Shown here piece by piece: positions 19,301 through 34,300 of a stretch of 64,000 bases of DNA (the stretch's first letter is position 1; each line of letters opens with the position of its first letter). The stretch is from a virus: the IMG/VR virus record IMGVR_UViG_3300011268_000916, positions 63 to 64,062 of that record; one strand, given 5' to 3'. Made by a program: the position numbers and the translations under genes. Under the pieces are notes generated by a model. The model made no database searches and was not told where the DNA came from. It saw nothing but the letters and a program-made list of their open reading frames with translations.

Positions 19301-22300
19301 ATAACTCAGGTGAATTGAAGTTTGAAAGTTATTTATTAATTCCAGAATCTGATAGAGGCGCTGGCATTACACAAGAAACATTTGAAATTACAGCTTCTAA
19401 ATCATTCATCAAAGATAATGATTTATATCTACTTGTAGAAACTGTATATAGACAAATTTCTTCCGAGTTGGTAAAAGATTTAATCATTATTAAATATGAT
19501 ATTTCATCAGAGCAACCACTAAAACTATCAACTAGTGTTTTATTATCTAGTGGATCTTATGAAGTATCTCCTATTGGAATGTTTGTAGAAGATTTTGAAA
19601 ATAGAGAAATTAATATTATTTCAAATATATTAAATTACCCAGGATCTGAAAACAAAGAATCTATTTTACTTCTAAAGGTAACGGAAGATCAACCAACAAA
19701 CATCAATACTTTAAGTTTTACTTCGACAAACACATCAGTAAGAGTAAACAACGCATTAACAAATTCAAATACCATATTCTTATCAAATACTTTCTATGAA
19801 AATCAACCAGTGGTATATACATCATTCTTGCCGATTGGTGGATTAGAATCAAATACTGTTTACTATATAATTAGCGTTGATAACGAGAAATTTAAACTGT
19901 CAAAAACTCCATCTGGAACTCCAGTACAGTTAACTTCTTTGGGTGATAATTTATTGAATGCACATACGATTTCTCCTGTTCTTATTCCATCATATGATAT
20001 TTCTCTACAGAGAAGAATTTCTTTTGATAATGAATTACCTATAGATGATATTGGATACCAACAAATCAGTGTTTCTGCAAAATCTTTTGATGTAAATGAA
20101 TCTAATTTCGTCATCTCATCCACATCTAATAACAAACCATATTTAATTAAAATAAACAAATCTACTTTTAGTGTAGATTGGATCAAAGAAGTATCTGGAA
20201 TTACATCTTTATTGAATAAACATTTCATTAAATTTAATCAATTTAATGAAATATATTTTGCTTTCAACGAACAAATAGTTAGACTTGATATTGATGGAGA
20301 CATTATTAGAGAAGTAACAATTCCATCTTATACATCAGATCATGAAGTGTCTTCTTTATTCTTTGACTATTTTGACAATGTAATTGTCATTTTAAATGAT
20401 GACAGTGGAGTTAACAGTAAAGTAGTTGTGAATTATTTTGATTATAAACTTGACTATTTAAAAACACAAACCATATCAGAATCCAATGTAAATATTTCAG
20501 TTTCATCTTCTGTTTTGGATTTATATAACAGTGTATATTTGACCATCACAGAATCTACAAATAATTACTATTCATACATTTATAGGACATACAAAGAACT
20601 TCAGAATAATACTTCAAATAATATTACGATGTCTAATTCGACATCATTAATAACTGAAGCTGAACTTGAAGATTTTACAACTTCATTCACAAATAATTCT
20701 AATATCATCGGTCGTCAAGGCACACAGTTTAGTAATTTCTCTATTACTGATATTAATATCTTTGAAACTGATTGCCCTAAATCCTATCAAGTATCTTCTA
20801 CTTTTGCAGATATTTTCTCAGAAAAAGTATCTACTAAAGGATCAAAACCTGCGTTTGATATCACTTTAAACAAAAAATATTATATCGAAAAAGATTCTAT
20901 CGAATTTATTTCACCAGTAGTAACTTACCAATTAAATAAAACTGTAAACTATCCTGTAGGATCTACAGTTTTATTTACAGATAATGAAAATCTATCAAAT
21001 ACTTATTCTGGTGTAATTTTAGATAAAGGAATACAAACCTTAACAGTTACAGAATTTTCTTCATCTAATTCAGATCTTATAGAAAATATTCTTGATAATT
21101 CAAATGTTAAACTTAGAAATCAAAATCCATTCTACAATTCTAAGATTAACAATACATTTGTAAATTTTGAAAAAATAGAGGCTAAATTAGAGATTTCAAA
21201 TATTACTGCAGATTCTGTATTTTTACCAGGAGATACTGTTGAATTTTTAACTCCTTCTACTGGAAATACATTTGTTTACAGAGGAAAAGCAACAATACTT
21301 TCTTATAACGAAACAACAAATATAATTTCATTTAAAAATGTATTTGATGATGGAATTTCAGAAGCTACACGAGTTAGAATTACTAAGACTATAGGTGGAG
21401 AAAATACAGTAACAGCTTTTGCTGAGTTCCTTTATGCTACTGACTGGGATTATATTGATAAATTTGAATTTGAAATTCCATCAGAATATGAAGATGATTA
21501 TATTTTTGAATCTGATAATATTACAAATGGATCTATAGTTTCTATAAAGGTGGTTAATTCTGGTACTGACTATACTGTTGCTCCTAGCGTAATCGTTCAA
21601 AATCAACCTGGAGTAAATGGTAGTGGTTTAATAGCAATAGCAGTTCTCAATGGAAATGGAGGAGTTGATAGAATTCTAGTAGAAAATGGTGGTGCTAAAT
21701 TTACTAAAACACCAAACATTATTCTTTTAGGTGGAGACGGACAGGGAGCCACAGCAAAAGTTACAAGAATGAGATTTGTTAGTGAAGTTTATACTATACA
21801 AGTGATAGACAGAGAACAGAATTTAGATTTGACAAATTCTACAATTTATGATGAAGTTGAACTAGGAGATGTTATTACTCAAACTTCAACTTCTGCATCT
21901 GGAATTGTAGTCTCTAAAAATAGAGATCATGTAAGGGTTAGATTGTCAAATCAAAGTAGATTTGACACTTCTTCAGTTTCTATATCTGGAGTTAGAACAG
22001 AATCTACTTATTCTGCCTCAGGTGTTGGTATAACTTCAGTATCACCTTGCGTATTTTTCAGTGGTGAATCGACCACTATGAAATCTGTATTAGATGAATA
22101 TGATGTTAATTACACAAATCAATTCTATCCAGAACTAACTGTAAATTCTAATAATAATATTTCTATTTCCAGACTATATGGTGTAAGTAAGATAAACTTA
22201 ATTACACGATTGTTTGAATATGTTTATCAAATACCTGGTGAAAATCTAGTACATGAAGACAAAATCTTTATTAAGACTACGGATGACCATAACTTAAGAG

Positions 22301-25300
22301 AAAATTCTTTAGCAACTCTGGTCCTTCCATCTACATACTCTCAGATTAATTTAGTAGATCAAATTATTTCAGAAAATGAATTTATCTTTAGACTATACAA
22401 TATTGACTTGAATAACTTACCACATAATGTATTCAATCCTTCTACATCCGAACTATATTACAAAGCCCCATCATTTAATATGGTGTATGGCCATACCTAT
22501 AGATTTGACGTATCAGATCCTAGCAATACTGGAACTTTATTTAATTTCTCTAGAGATGATAGTAACAGAGTTGTATACACCTTTAACAATGTTGTAAGAA
22601 ATAATATTGTTCCTGGTCAATCTGGATCATATGTTGATTTTGTGGTTGAATCTAACGCTGGACAACTATCCTATTATTTCAATGAAGCTAATTCTGATGG
22701 TAATAATTTTGTACTACCAGATTCTACTATATCTCTAAGAGAAACTCCCTATAATGGAACCTTTAGAGTCTATAGAGTGCTGAATGATACTCAATTATTA
22801 TACCCATTACCATACAAACCAGAATGTGATGCTTATGTTTTACTTGGTAATGAAAATACTACAAAATATCTATCATACTCTGAAACTTCTTCTGGATCTA
22901 TATCAGAAATTTCTATATTTAATAATGGGGGATATTTTAAAGTTCTTCCGAGAGTATCTGGAATTTTATGTCCTAGAAAAATTGAAAAGATTGAAATTTT
23001 AAACGGAGGAACAGAGTACGAACCTGGAATCTATAGGGATGTTCCTATTTTGGGTGATGGCGTAGGTGGATTAGTTGATATTACAGTTACTCCAGAAGTA
23101 ATAACAAACGAACTTGACGAAGAAATAATTACAGGTAGAATTACGCAAGCAGTAGTTACAAACCCTGGCGAAGGATATACTGAAGCCACTATTAATATTG
23201 TTGATATCCCAGGAATTCTCGGATCAGCTTCAAATGGATCTGGTGGACAACTTGAAGTTGTTATCCCAGCACCTGGTACTGGAAGTAGCATTCTTCCATA
23301 TAGCGAAAAGGTTGGAAGTATTAGAAAACTTTCCAATCTAAATGTTGGTTTTGACTATACTCATGATTATACTCTAAAACCACAAATTAAGTTTCCAATA
23401 TCACTACAATTAGTAAATGCTAAAGTCATTTCAGAAGTTATAATTGATGATCCTGGATTTGGATACACATCTACTCCTATCGTTCTTATTGAAGGTGGCG
23501 GTGGATCTGGTGCTGCTGCTGTTGCAACAGTTAGAAATAATAGAGTATCTGGCATTGAACTTGTTAGTGCTGGTTCTGGTTATTTCTCTGAACCAAATAT
23601 TATTATTCAATCAAAAATTCCATACGTAGTTAACTTAGATCTCAATTTAATTCAGTTTAAAGTTCCTCATGGAATTCCTAACGGATCTACAATTAAATTA
23701 AGAGCTGAAGTAGTAGATGGAAACAATAATGTAATAATGCCAATTATTAATTATCCTGGCGGTATGGATAATTTAATAGATGATGATAATAGTTTAACTG
23801 GATCATACCAAACTACAATTTCTTTAGCTGCTATTGTAGGTGAAAGTAATGGATTACTTCCAAATCAACTTAGAATTGCTATTAATAAAAACGAAGCTCT
23901 ACTAAACAATTATTTGACCTTTGTTACTACTGGATCACCAACACAATCCCTATTGACAGAAGTTTTTGGAGCAAAAGCAACAGCAACTCTAAAATCATCT
24001 CAATTCTTAGGTAATGAGATTATCAATCAACTTGAACCTCAAATTGTAAATGGCGTAGAACAAGAAGTAACTACATGTGTTGCAAAAGTTCTTCCAAATT
24101 CTGGTTGGATTTCTGGACCTAATATTTTAAGAGTAAATGTTTTAGAAGGTGAATTTGGAATAGGTAAAAAAGTAGTAGGTTTATCATCAGAGTCATCTGG
24201 TATTGTTAATAAAGTTATTTCTGCTAGTGGATTTGGTGAAATTGGATCTACGTCTAGAATCGATGGGAAGTTTTATGAAGAAACTGGTAAGTTGAGTTCT
24301 ATTTCTCAAAGATTGCAAAGTGAGTATTATCAAAATTTTGCATACCTTATAAAAACTACAACTCCATCAGAAGACTGGAGAAATCTTGTATTAGATAATT
24401 TACATCCAATTGGATTCTCATTATTCTCTGAATATTCATATGAAACTAATAGTTCTCTACCAAGACTTAAAGCATCAACATCATTCAGTAGAGATATTTC
24501 TGTTGACGCTGCTCAGAGAAGAGGATCTAGAATTTTTTCGCCAGGGTACATTGAAGATGTTCTTAATCTAAATGAAGTTTCTGTAGTCGGTAAAAAACTC
24601 ATTACTTCTGAAAATATTATCACATCGTTTGTAGAAAAGATTGTAGATATTTCTGATAAATTTGATGGAGAAACAACTACTTTTGATCTACAAGTTAGAA
24701 GACTTATTACTAATCTAGATGGTAGTACTACAGAAGTATTGGATGTTGTTAGAAGTAATGAAAGATTCTTGATGATATTCCTGAACAATATTCTACAATC
24801 TCCAGATTCTTATGTTTTCCAAAATGGACAAATTACATTTGATGAAGCTCCATCTGCTAGATTAGTATCAAAGAGTAGAAATGTTAAATTTACTAATCTA
24901 TATCCACCAGTAGGAAAGTTTACTCAAGATGAAAAGTTATACGTCGTAAGAGTAAAAGAATTTAATATTGATGGATTAAATATCTGGCAACAAACAATAG
25001 TAATTGAATCTTCTACTAATCCAAATATTGAAATTGGAGATACTGTAGAACAAAATAATATCAATGGAGTTATCACTGAAATTGGAGTTGTATTTGAAAA
25101 TAATATCTATACTGTAACTTTAGTTGTTGTATTCACTACAACTGATTCTACAATTATAACAGATGATGAGGATATTACAGTATTTTATGACAATGAAGAT
25201 CTAACAGGAACAGATTTTGATGTTACTTATGTAAGTACAAATCAAATAGCTGATCTAAGACCATTTAAATTTGATATTCTTGAGGGATCTGAAGTTGTTA

Positions 25301-28300
25301 ATGATAAAGTTGATATCTTCTCATATCAAAATGTTCAAGAAGAAGGTGAGTATTCTGTAAATATATTTGCATATAAAATTAACGATAATTTAAATCAACT
25401 GTCTGAGGACAATCAAGTAATTATAAGATTATATAATTTTGAGTCTAATCAATATGAATTAGATGAAACTTCAAATTACATTACATTATCTAATGATATT
25501 GTCGGACCTTTCATTCTATCAAGCAACGCAAGTACAGTTTCTCCATCTGATAGTAAGACAGATTTAGCTTATGATGTAAATGAAACTAATCTGTCAGTTA
25601 GATCGATCTTTACATTTGATAGTTTCTTAAACTATAACCAATCAACACCATCTTTAGTAGAATTGAATGTTGGCGATGTTTTAACATCAACAGTTAATAG
25701 AGAAGTTGCAACCGTAGTTTCTGTAAATGAAGTTACAAAAGAAGTTGAAGTTGCTATAAAATCAAATATTACTGATCCATTCATTGATGAAAATGAAACA
25801 CTTCAATCTAGAACAACTCAAGGTGAAATTGTAGAAGGTAATCTAACAAACTTTGTTTACTTTACAACTCCAAATGCAAAATATAAAGTAACTAAGATTA
25901 GATTCAAGAGTGATGATGATAATACATTTACTGATGACAATACTCCTTTACCAGTAGTTCTTACAAATGATCTGTTAGTTTCTAAAACTTATGGAACAGC
26001 TAATAATACAGATTCCTCTACTATTTTCCTTGCCATAAATGATCTGGTAGTAGGTGAAAAGAGCAGAACTTCATGTAAGATTACTGAAATAACTAGAATT
26101 AATAACATCAATGAAGTTGAAATTAGTCCTGGTACTTTATTCACTGGATATATCTTTAACAGAGTTAATAATCCAGATAATCCAAACGTATCACTAACTG
26201 ATGTATCAAAATCATATATTGTTCCATTTAATAAGTTAGAATCTTATGGAGATTTATATTATAAGGAAATAGAATCTTCTAGACTTTTATTAGATGATTA
26301 TCTCTATAATGAATCTATTGGAGATAGATTCAAGTCAATTCAACTCGAAGTTGAATATGGCGATTCTGATGAATTTAATGTAGACGATACATTAGAAATA
26401 GTCAGAGTTTCTGTTGATGTTGAAGAATCAGCTGGTAGATTTAAAGACGCTAGAAACTTAATCGTTGCAAACAAACAGGAAATCATTGATAGATCTCTTG
26501 CTGAGATTGCTATTCAACATCCAGACTTTAATTTCCCAGATGATCCAGCTGATTATGAAAGATTCAGATATTATGATTCTTATAGACTAATTCAACAAAA
26601 TAAAAAGGAAATCACTGAAAGAGCATTAGCTGAAATTGCTGTTGATTATCCAGATTTTGTATTCCCTGGTGCTCCAGTATCATCAACTCAGTACAGATTC
26701 TTTGATGCTTATAGATTAATCCAACAGAATAGACAAGAAATTATTGACTCTTCCTATGAAGAATCAATCGTTGGAGATACTAATGGAGTTAAGTGTAAGA
26801 GAGATATTGGATTCTTAGTAGATGCAGTATCATTGGATCTATTTGCTGGTGGAAATTATTACTCAAGGGAGTTTGTAAAACAATATTTCAGTGGAACTAC
26901 AACATTATTAACCAATGGACTTGCTGGTGAAATTACAAATTCAATAACGGCATTTAATAATGCTCGTGATAACATGAAGTTAGCGATTCAAAATCTTTTA
27001 ACTATCACTGACCCCACTGTAACACCAGATCCAAGCCCAGGAGTTCAAGGTGATTGCACTGATGTTTCAAATGCCATTGATAATCTTGTTGAAATTGTAA
27101 CCGTTGTATTGACTGCAGAAGATTTAGGAGAACTTCCATCAGTTAATAATGGAATGTTTATTGATGGTTCAAGTAAGTGTCTACGTGATATTGGTTATTT
27201 TGTAGATGCTATTTCACTAGACGTATTTACTGGTGGTAATGCATATTCTCGTAAGTTTACACTTCAATATTTTGATACTGCAGGTAGACCAACATCATCC
27301 TTAGCCGGTGAAGAAACTGAGTCTATCACATCATTTAATATGGCTCGTGATATGATGAAAAAGGCAATAACAAATCAGTTGTATGTTAAAGATTTAACTC
27401 TTCCATATGGTCCTGCTGAATTCGGTGGGACTGGTGGTGATGTAGAGTATAATTATTCTGGAAATGAAAATACATGTACTGATGTACAATCAAATATAAA
27501 CACTCTATGTTCTATCGTAACTACTTGCTTATCTAACAAAACTACTGATTCTCTGCCTACTGAAAATCTAGGATCATTTACAGAAAATGGAACAATTTGT
27601 GCAAGAGATATTGGTTACATTGTGGATTCTGTTGCAAGTGATCTATTCAGAGGATCAAATGTTAATGTTATCGAGTCTGCTAATTCTTACTTCGACAATA
27701 ATGGAAATATAATTTATATTATAGGCGAAGAGTCTGAAACAATAACAGCCTTTAATAAGGCTCGTGACATGATGAAGTTAGCCATCAATAACCAATTGTA
27801 TGCAAAAGACTTTACATTAATTGAAGACCCAGAGACATCAAGTAACAATGATCCAGAATCATGCGCCAATGTTCAAAGTACAATTGATACTTTAGTATCG
27901 ATTGTCACAACTACAATTATAGGTGAAGATCAAAATCTATTACCAAATCCTAACCCAGGAAGATCTTTTGTTGCTGGAGAAACTATCACCATTTCTAATG
28001 GAACTAACACTTATGAAAGTACAATATTAAGTTCTGATAATGTAAATTATATTATTTCCTTAGAAAATGTATATGAAAATGATCTAATAGTTGAAGAAAC
28101 TGAATTACTAGATTTTACTGGATACACTGTTTCTACAAATAGACAAAGTTCTATAGTAAACATTGTAGCTCCAGTAAAAGATCTCGATGTAACTAGAACA
28201 ACTGTAAAATCAAAAACATATGATATTACAACTAAGTTCACTTTAACTACTGTAACTGGACTTTCCGTTGGATTGACAGCTACTCAAGGATCTATCGTTG

Positions 28301-31300
28301 GTAAAGTTGTTGATATTATTGGAAATGATATTTACATCAATCATTTTTCATATGATACTGAAAATCATTATGTGACTGGAAATATAGTATTTAATACCAC
28401 ACCTGCAATTACCAGATCTGTTACTGCTAACTCAGCGAATAGAGAAACGATTCACTATATTTCTACATCAGAAATTGTCCCTCAAATTAATAAGTATCAA
28501 CCTACTCCAGGCACTATTCATTCGTATACTCCTTGGAACGATCTTTATGATGTTCTTGATAATAATAAATCATTTATTGTTGATTATGTTTATGAGTTAA
28601 TAACCACTCAATTTGCATACTTATCTGATAAGAATACAATAACCATTGGACGTTGTAAAAATGACCTTGCGTTAATGTTAAACGCAATTACAAACGATAT
28701 TAAACTTGGTGGAAACTATAATACAGTTCTTGCAACTAGATTCTATTTTGATTCTAACAACGAGGTAAACTTCTTGAAAGGTGAAGTTGAAGAATCTATC
28801 TGGGCATATTCAAGACTAAAAGATTTCATCAAACTATCCTCTAGGAATTTTGAAGTAGTACAGACTTGTAATCTAGTTAATAGTCAAAACTACATTACAG
28901 TTTCTGATTCAACTGGAATTGTTAGAGGTATGCTAGTGACTACAGATCAATTTGACGTAGATATCTATGTCAAGTCTGTTAGTGGAAATAATGTATATTT
29001 GATGACAGAATCTTTTGCTGATTACACATTAGTTGGAAACTATTCTGCACAAGAGGTAACATTTAATTTTGATAAGTTTAAAGTTAATTCTCAGTTTGTA
29101 TCTGTTCTTTATAATATTCCTATACAATATTCTTCAGATGTAATTAGTTCTACTACTTTAGATCAAAATATTTCAGACCTTGTTGATGTATTATTAAATG
29201 CAATAAATCCAGATTCACTAAGATTCTATAAGGATGCTGTTATTGAATTGTCAGAAACATATGAAGATGTTATCGATGATGTATATGATGATCTTAAGTT
29301 ACAGTTTAATAACTTAACTATTCCAAATGATAATTTAAACAAGTGTCAAAGAGACATGAAGATTGTTTCTGAAGCTATATTTGATGATTTGAAGTTTGGT
29401 GGTAATGTTAATACAATTAGAGCATCAGAGTTCTATGTTAATGGCGGTTCTCTTTCTCATGTGGAAACTGAACTTATTGAAACCGCATATGCTTTCTTCA
29501 AGTTAGAGACATCTTATAAAGAAATTATTGATAATAGTACAAACTATACTACTCAAGAAAAGACTGATATTCAAGAAAGAATTACAGAGTTGTTCCAATT
29601 ATTGATTAGTAAGATTACAAATGATGCTACTGGAACTATTCAGGATGCTTCTGCTCAAATTGCAAGAAATGAGAAGTTTATTGTTGATGAAGCTTTCTTA
29701 ATTACACTAGATGCAACTCCATCCGCATCATTCACTCAGTCTGAAATAACTCAGTTGTATTCATATGCTTATTCAGTAATTAAAGCTACTATTAAAAATT
29801 TACTTCTAGGAAGCAATGAGTATGTATTAGATGCATTAACCGATTTAGGTGAGACTTCTCCTTTCTATAGTAATTCATCTAAAAAATCTTTTGTTCAAGA
29901 TTTCTTCTCTGAAGTTATAAATTTAGCAAAACTATCAACGGTTAATTTCTATATTAACTCTTCAGAAGACCCATATGTGGTCCAAGAAAGTGTTCTTACA
30001 TACAAAACAGACTCTAGCATCAGCGTTGACCCCGCAGGGTGGCCATACTGTCAATCAGTACAAAATGCATTAGATACTTTTGGTACTATAATCAATAATT
30101 ATTGGACCGATCTATCTTTACCAAATGTGAGTGTTGTTGAATTTACATATTCTCCTAAGAGATTGTATCCTCAAAATTATGTACAACGTCCTATCATCAG
30201 TTCTATTTCTGAAAATGATTTATGTATCTTGAAATCATCTACTCTAACTAAGACTGCGTTTGTAAATGCAATTGATTCTGGGGTAACTAAAATTTATGAT
30301 TTACAAAAACGATTTGATCTTAATGATGAAGATGGTACTATTGAAAAATCTAATCTTGTTGGCAGTTTTGTAAATGGATCAATCTCAGTAACATTAAAAG
30401 ATATAAATGATGATGGATCAGTAAATGTTTCTATTACTGGAAATGGATCTAATATTTCTGTTGGTCAAACTTTCACTCAAGATAACGATTTCTATTCGGT
30501 AATAGAATCCATTTATAACGTTTACATTCTTAAGAATGTAAATGGAAATTTCTATAAAAATAACTATATCTTTGGAATAGATTCTGGTTCAACATCAAAT
30601 TCTTATATTAGTTCATTTGAAAGAAATACAGCTGTTATAGAAAAATCAGTTGGAGATAGACTGATCTTTGATAGTACATCTGTGGTAGGATCATTTACTT
30701 TATATGATTACGTTTATGTAAAAAATACTACATACGAATCTAGCGTGGTTTACGCTTATCAAGGATTTAATGGTCAGAGAACTCAATTCCCTCTGGTTGT
30801 AATATCTCCAACAGGAGATATTCAAGATTACTTCCCATCAGTAGAAGATTCTCCAATAATTGTATCTATTAATGGAGTCATTCAAGAATTTGATAAGGAC
30901 TATACAACGGCGTCTAATTTTATAACTTTTGCTACTCCTCCAACTAAGGACGATGAATTTCTAGCTGTTTACTATGGTAAGTGGAGAAAGATTGACGACA
31001 TCTCTCCACAATTTGATGGCATCACTCAAAGTTTTGGTATGGAAATTGGAGGATTACCATTTGCTATTTCAGTTTTTGGTAATGCAACAAATATTATTGT
31101 TGATAGAAACTGTTTATTTACAATAAACGGAGTAGTTCAAGTTCCTCAAGAAGGATTTACTGTAGATGGTTCTAGAATTAGATTTTCTTCTGCTCCAAAA
31201 CCAGGATCTAGTTTTGTTGGTTATGTATACGTCGGTTCAGCTATTGACGTTGACTCTATTGAAGTTATTCCTCAAATTGAACCAACTGATATTATTAGAT

Positions 31301-34300
31301 TAAATAAAGAGGATACAAATAGGACTGTTGCAACAGTCGATAACTTAACTTCAGTTACAACATTTGAATATTCTGGAGATAGAATTGGAAGAACTGCTTC
31401 TGCAACTGCAACTATAAGAACAGGAAAGATAAATGGAGCCTCTTTAACATCTGGTGGTTCTGGTTATATTAGAAGACCAAGAATTACAATTAATTCATCC
31501 AGTGGTGATGAAGCAAGATTGACAGCTCAACTTGGAGTATCAAATGTAGAAGTCATTAACGCTGGATCTGGATATCTAAAACCATCTGTACAAGTAATTT
31601 CAAATACTGGAACTGGATTTACTGGAGAAATTTTATTTGAACCAGATTCAAATAATACTCAGAAGATCTCAGCTATTAAAGTTATTAATAGTGGATTTGG
31701 ATATTCATCATCAGATGAAGTTTCTATATCTAATGTTGGAAATCCAGAAATCCCAGTAGAATTTAAAGTTGTAGTAAATCAAGCTGGTGGTATTGAAAAT
31801 ATCTATCCAGTATTGATTGGTATTATCGAAATTAATGAAGGTGACTGGGATGGAGCTTTATTTGATGAATATACAGAAAACGACTTTAAGTTTAGAATTC
31901 GTGGAGCCACAAGTAAATCAGAAGCTGTATTTGTAAGTGGTGGAGAATCTGAAGCTAAGATTTTTGTCAAAGATCTAACAGGTTCATTTATCCCTGGAGA
32001 AAACATTAATATAGTTTCATTTACAAATAATGTTTCTTTAGGAAAACTAACCTCTGTAGAGTCCTTCTACTTAAACGTTGGTGGAAGCGGTTACAATCCT
32101 CTGAGATTAAAAGTTACTTATACTGGCGAGGGGACGATTCCTGCAGGAGGATTCGTAGAAGTCGGAACTCAAATTCAATATCAATTCGATACATTCTCCA
32201 AACTAAGTGATAGTGATTTTGTTATTAATATTGATAAGTCTTATTCTTATGTTGAAGATAGAGATTTCTATATTGGAGAAAAAATCGATGTATATGCAAG
32301 ATCTAATGGAGTCAAAACTGGAACTGTCAAACATTTTGTAGTTGAATCGTGGAATCCAACTACGTTAAAACTTACAGTATCAAAACCAACACCAATAAAA
32401 GTAGATATTGTTTTAGATCAAAATGGTTCGGTAACTAATGCTATTGTTATTAATAAAGGAAACAATTACTATAATGTATTAGATTACGCAGTAACTCTTG
32501 AGGGACAAACAGAAACTGAATATGACGAGGCTTCATTTGAATTGTCAATAGGATCTATAACAGATATTATTGTTACTCCATATACAATTGGTAATACATC
32601 TTATGATGGATTTGGTAGAGACTACTCTACTTCTGACACTGTTGTAATACAACCAATTGATGAATTTGGTGGAGTCGAAAATGTTGTTGGATCTGGATCT
32701 GGAGCAACAATAAAATTAAATGTTAATGCATTTGGTGGAGAAATAGAATCTATTACAATACCAGAGAACTTAAGAGGATCTCAATATTATACAACTCCTG
32801 TGATTATTACTAAAGGTGGTGGTGGATATGGTGTTAAAGTATTAGCATCTATCGAAAACAATCTAGTTTCTGATGTAGAGTTTGTTTCTAGGGGTGTTGG
32901 ATTTGAATCTGTACCAGAAATTATTTTCGCTCAAAAAGTACTTCTAACTAAGGAAAGTAAGATTAGATCATATTTAACATCTAAGAGTGATAAATTAGCC
33001 GGATTAGTTAAGAATGTAACTGAAGATGATACTCAGATTTTTGTTTCAAGTACTGGTGGATTTACTTCTAGTGGAACTTTAATTCTTGGTAAAGAAGTTA
33101 TTACTTATAGCGGCAAAACATCAAATAGTTTTACTGGAATTACAAGAGGTATTAACTTTAACTATGATCAAAAACTTAGATTGTCTTCTGGATTCTGGAA
33201 CTTCTCAATTAATGACATCTTACCAATCATCAGAATTAATTCTGAAGAGAGTGGAAGTATAACCACAAATGTTAGAGTATATTCTTTTGAACCACAAAGT
33301 CAAGATGAAGTAATTCCACCATACCTATTCATTAAGTATGTTATTGATTCACTGGCATTTATTGATGCTGGTACTGCTCGTAGTGAGGGCACTCCATCGT
33401 ATGTTGGAGGACTATTTAATACATCATCGAATGGAAATTATATTATTAATGCCCAATCATTACATTTAAATAATGTTGATGGATTAGCTGTAGAAGACAT
33501 AGTTGAACAAACTATAGTTGTAGATCAAAACACAACTATAGTCGTAAGTGGATCAATTGTTAGAATTATTAAAGCTTCTAATAGAATAGTAGTAGAATTA
33601 GATGATGATAATACTGAATTTATTATTGGACAAGTTATCATTAACCCCAATGAACCAGATAAGACAAAAACTAGATCTATCACAACTCCTTCTGGAGGGG
33701 TTGCTGTAGAAAAAATGGGCATTAATAGATTTGATACTGATAAAATATCTGATGGTGTCACAGATACAGATCTCGATTTAATTAAAGATAAGACTTTTGT
33801 TATTTGTCAATCTGATTCTTCTACATGTAATGCTCTATATCCACAACTCAAAGGATATTCTCTATTAGATCCATCAATTGTTGAGGAATCAGGTTTCTTA
33901 ATCACTGATTCCATCTATCCAAGAAATCTAACTATAGGGGGCGAACAACCATATGGTTATATATCAACTGTAGAACAAGGTCCAAATAATAAAGGATTGA
34001 CATACAATGGCGTTAACAATACAGGTAGTGATTATAATGGAGAGATTGCATTAGATGGTGGATATCCATTCTCACTATATGGTGTTGAAGAAATCGATCA
34101 ACTAGGAAATACAATTGCTATCGGTGATGCACTTAGAGATGGAAATGGAAACATTGTTACTGTAGAAGATATCTCTGCGGTTAATACAGGAGAATTCCAT
34201 CAATCTCAAGTAACAATAAGAATAAACAAACCAACAACCTACGGTGAGTTGTTGATTGGACGTAAAGTAGTTGGTGCTGATAGTGGATTCTCTGGAATTA

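Noticed and set aside
22480-22700. Cupredoxin-like copper site in gp7 (YGHTYRFDVSDPSN...LSYY)
   Set aside because: It resembles a module common in cyanophage structural proteins, but the C-terminal Cys/His/Met ligands are missing here.
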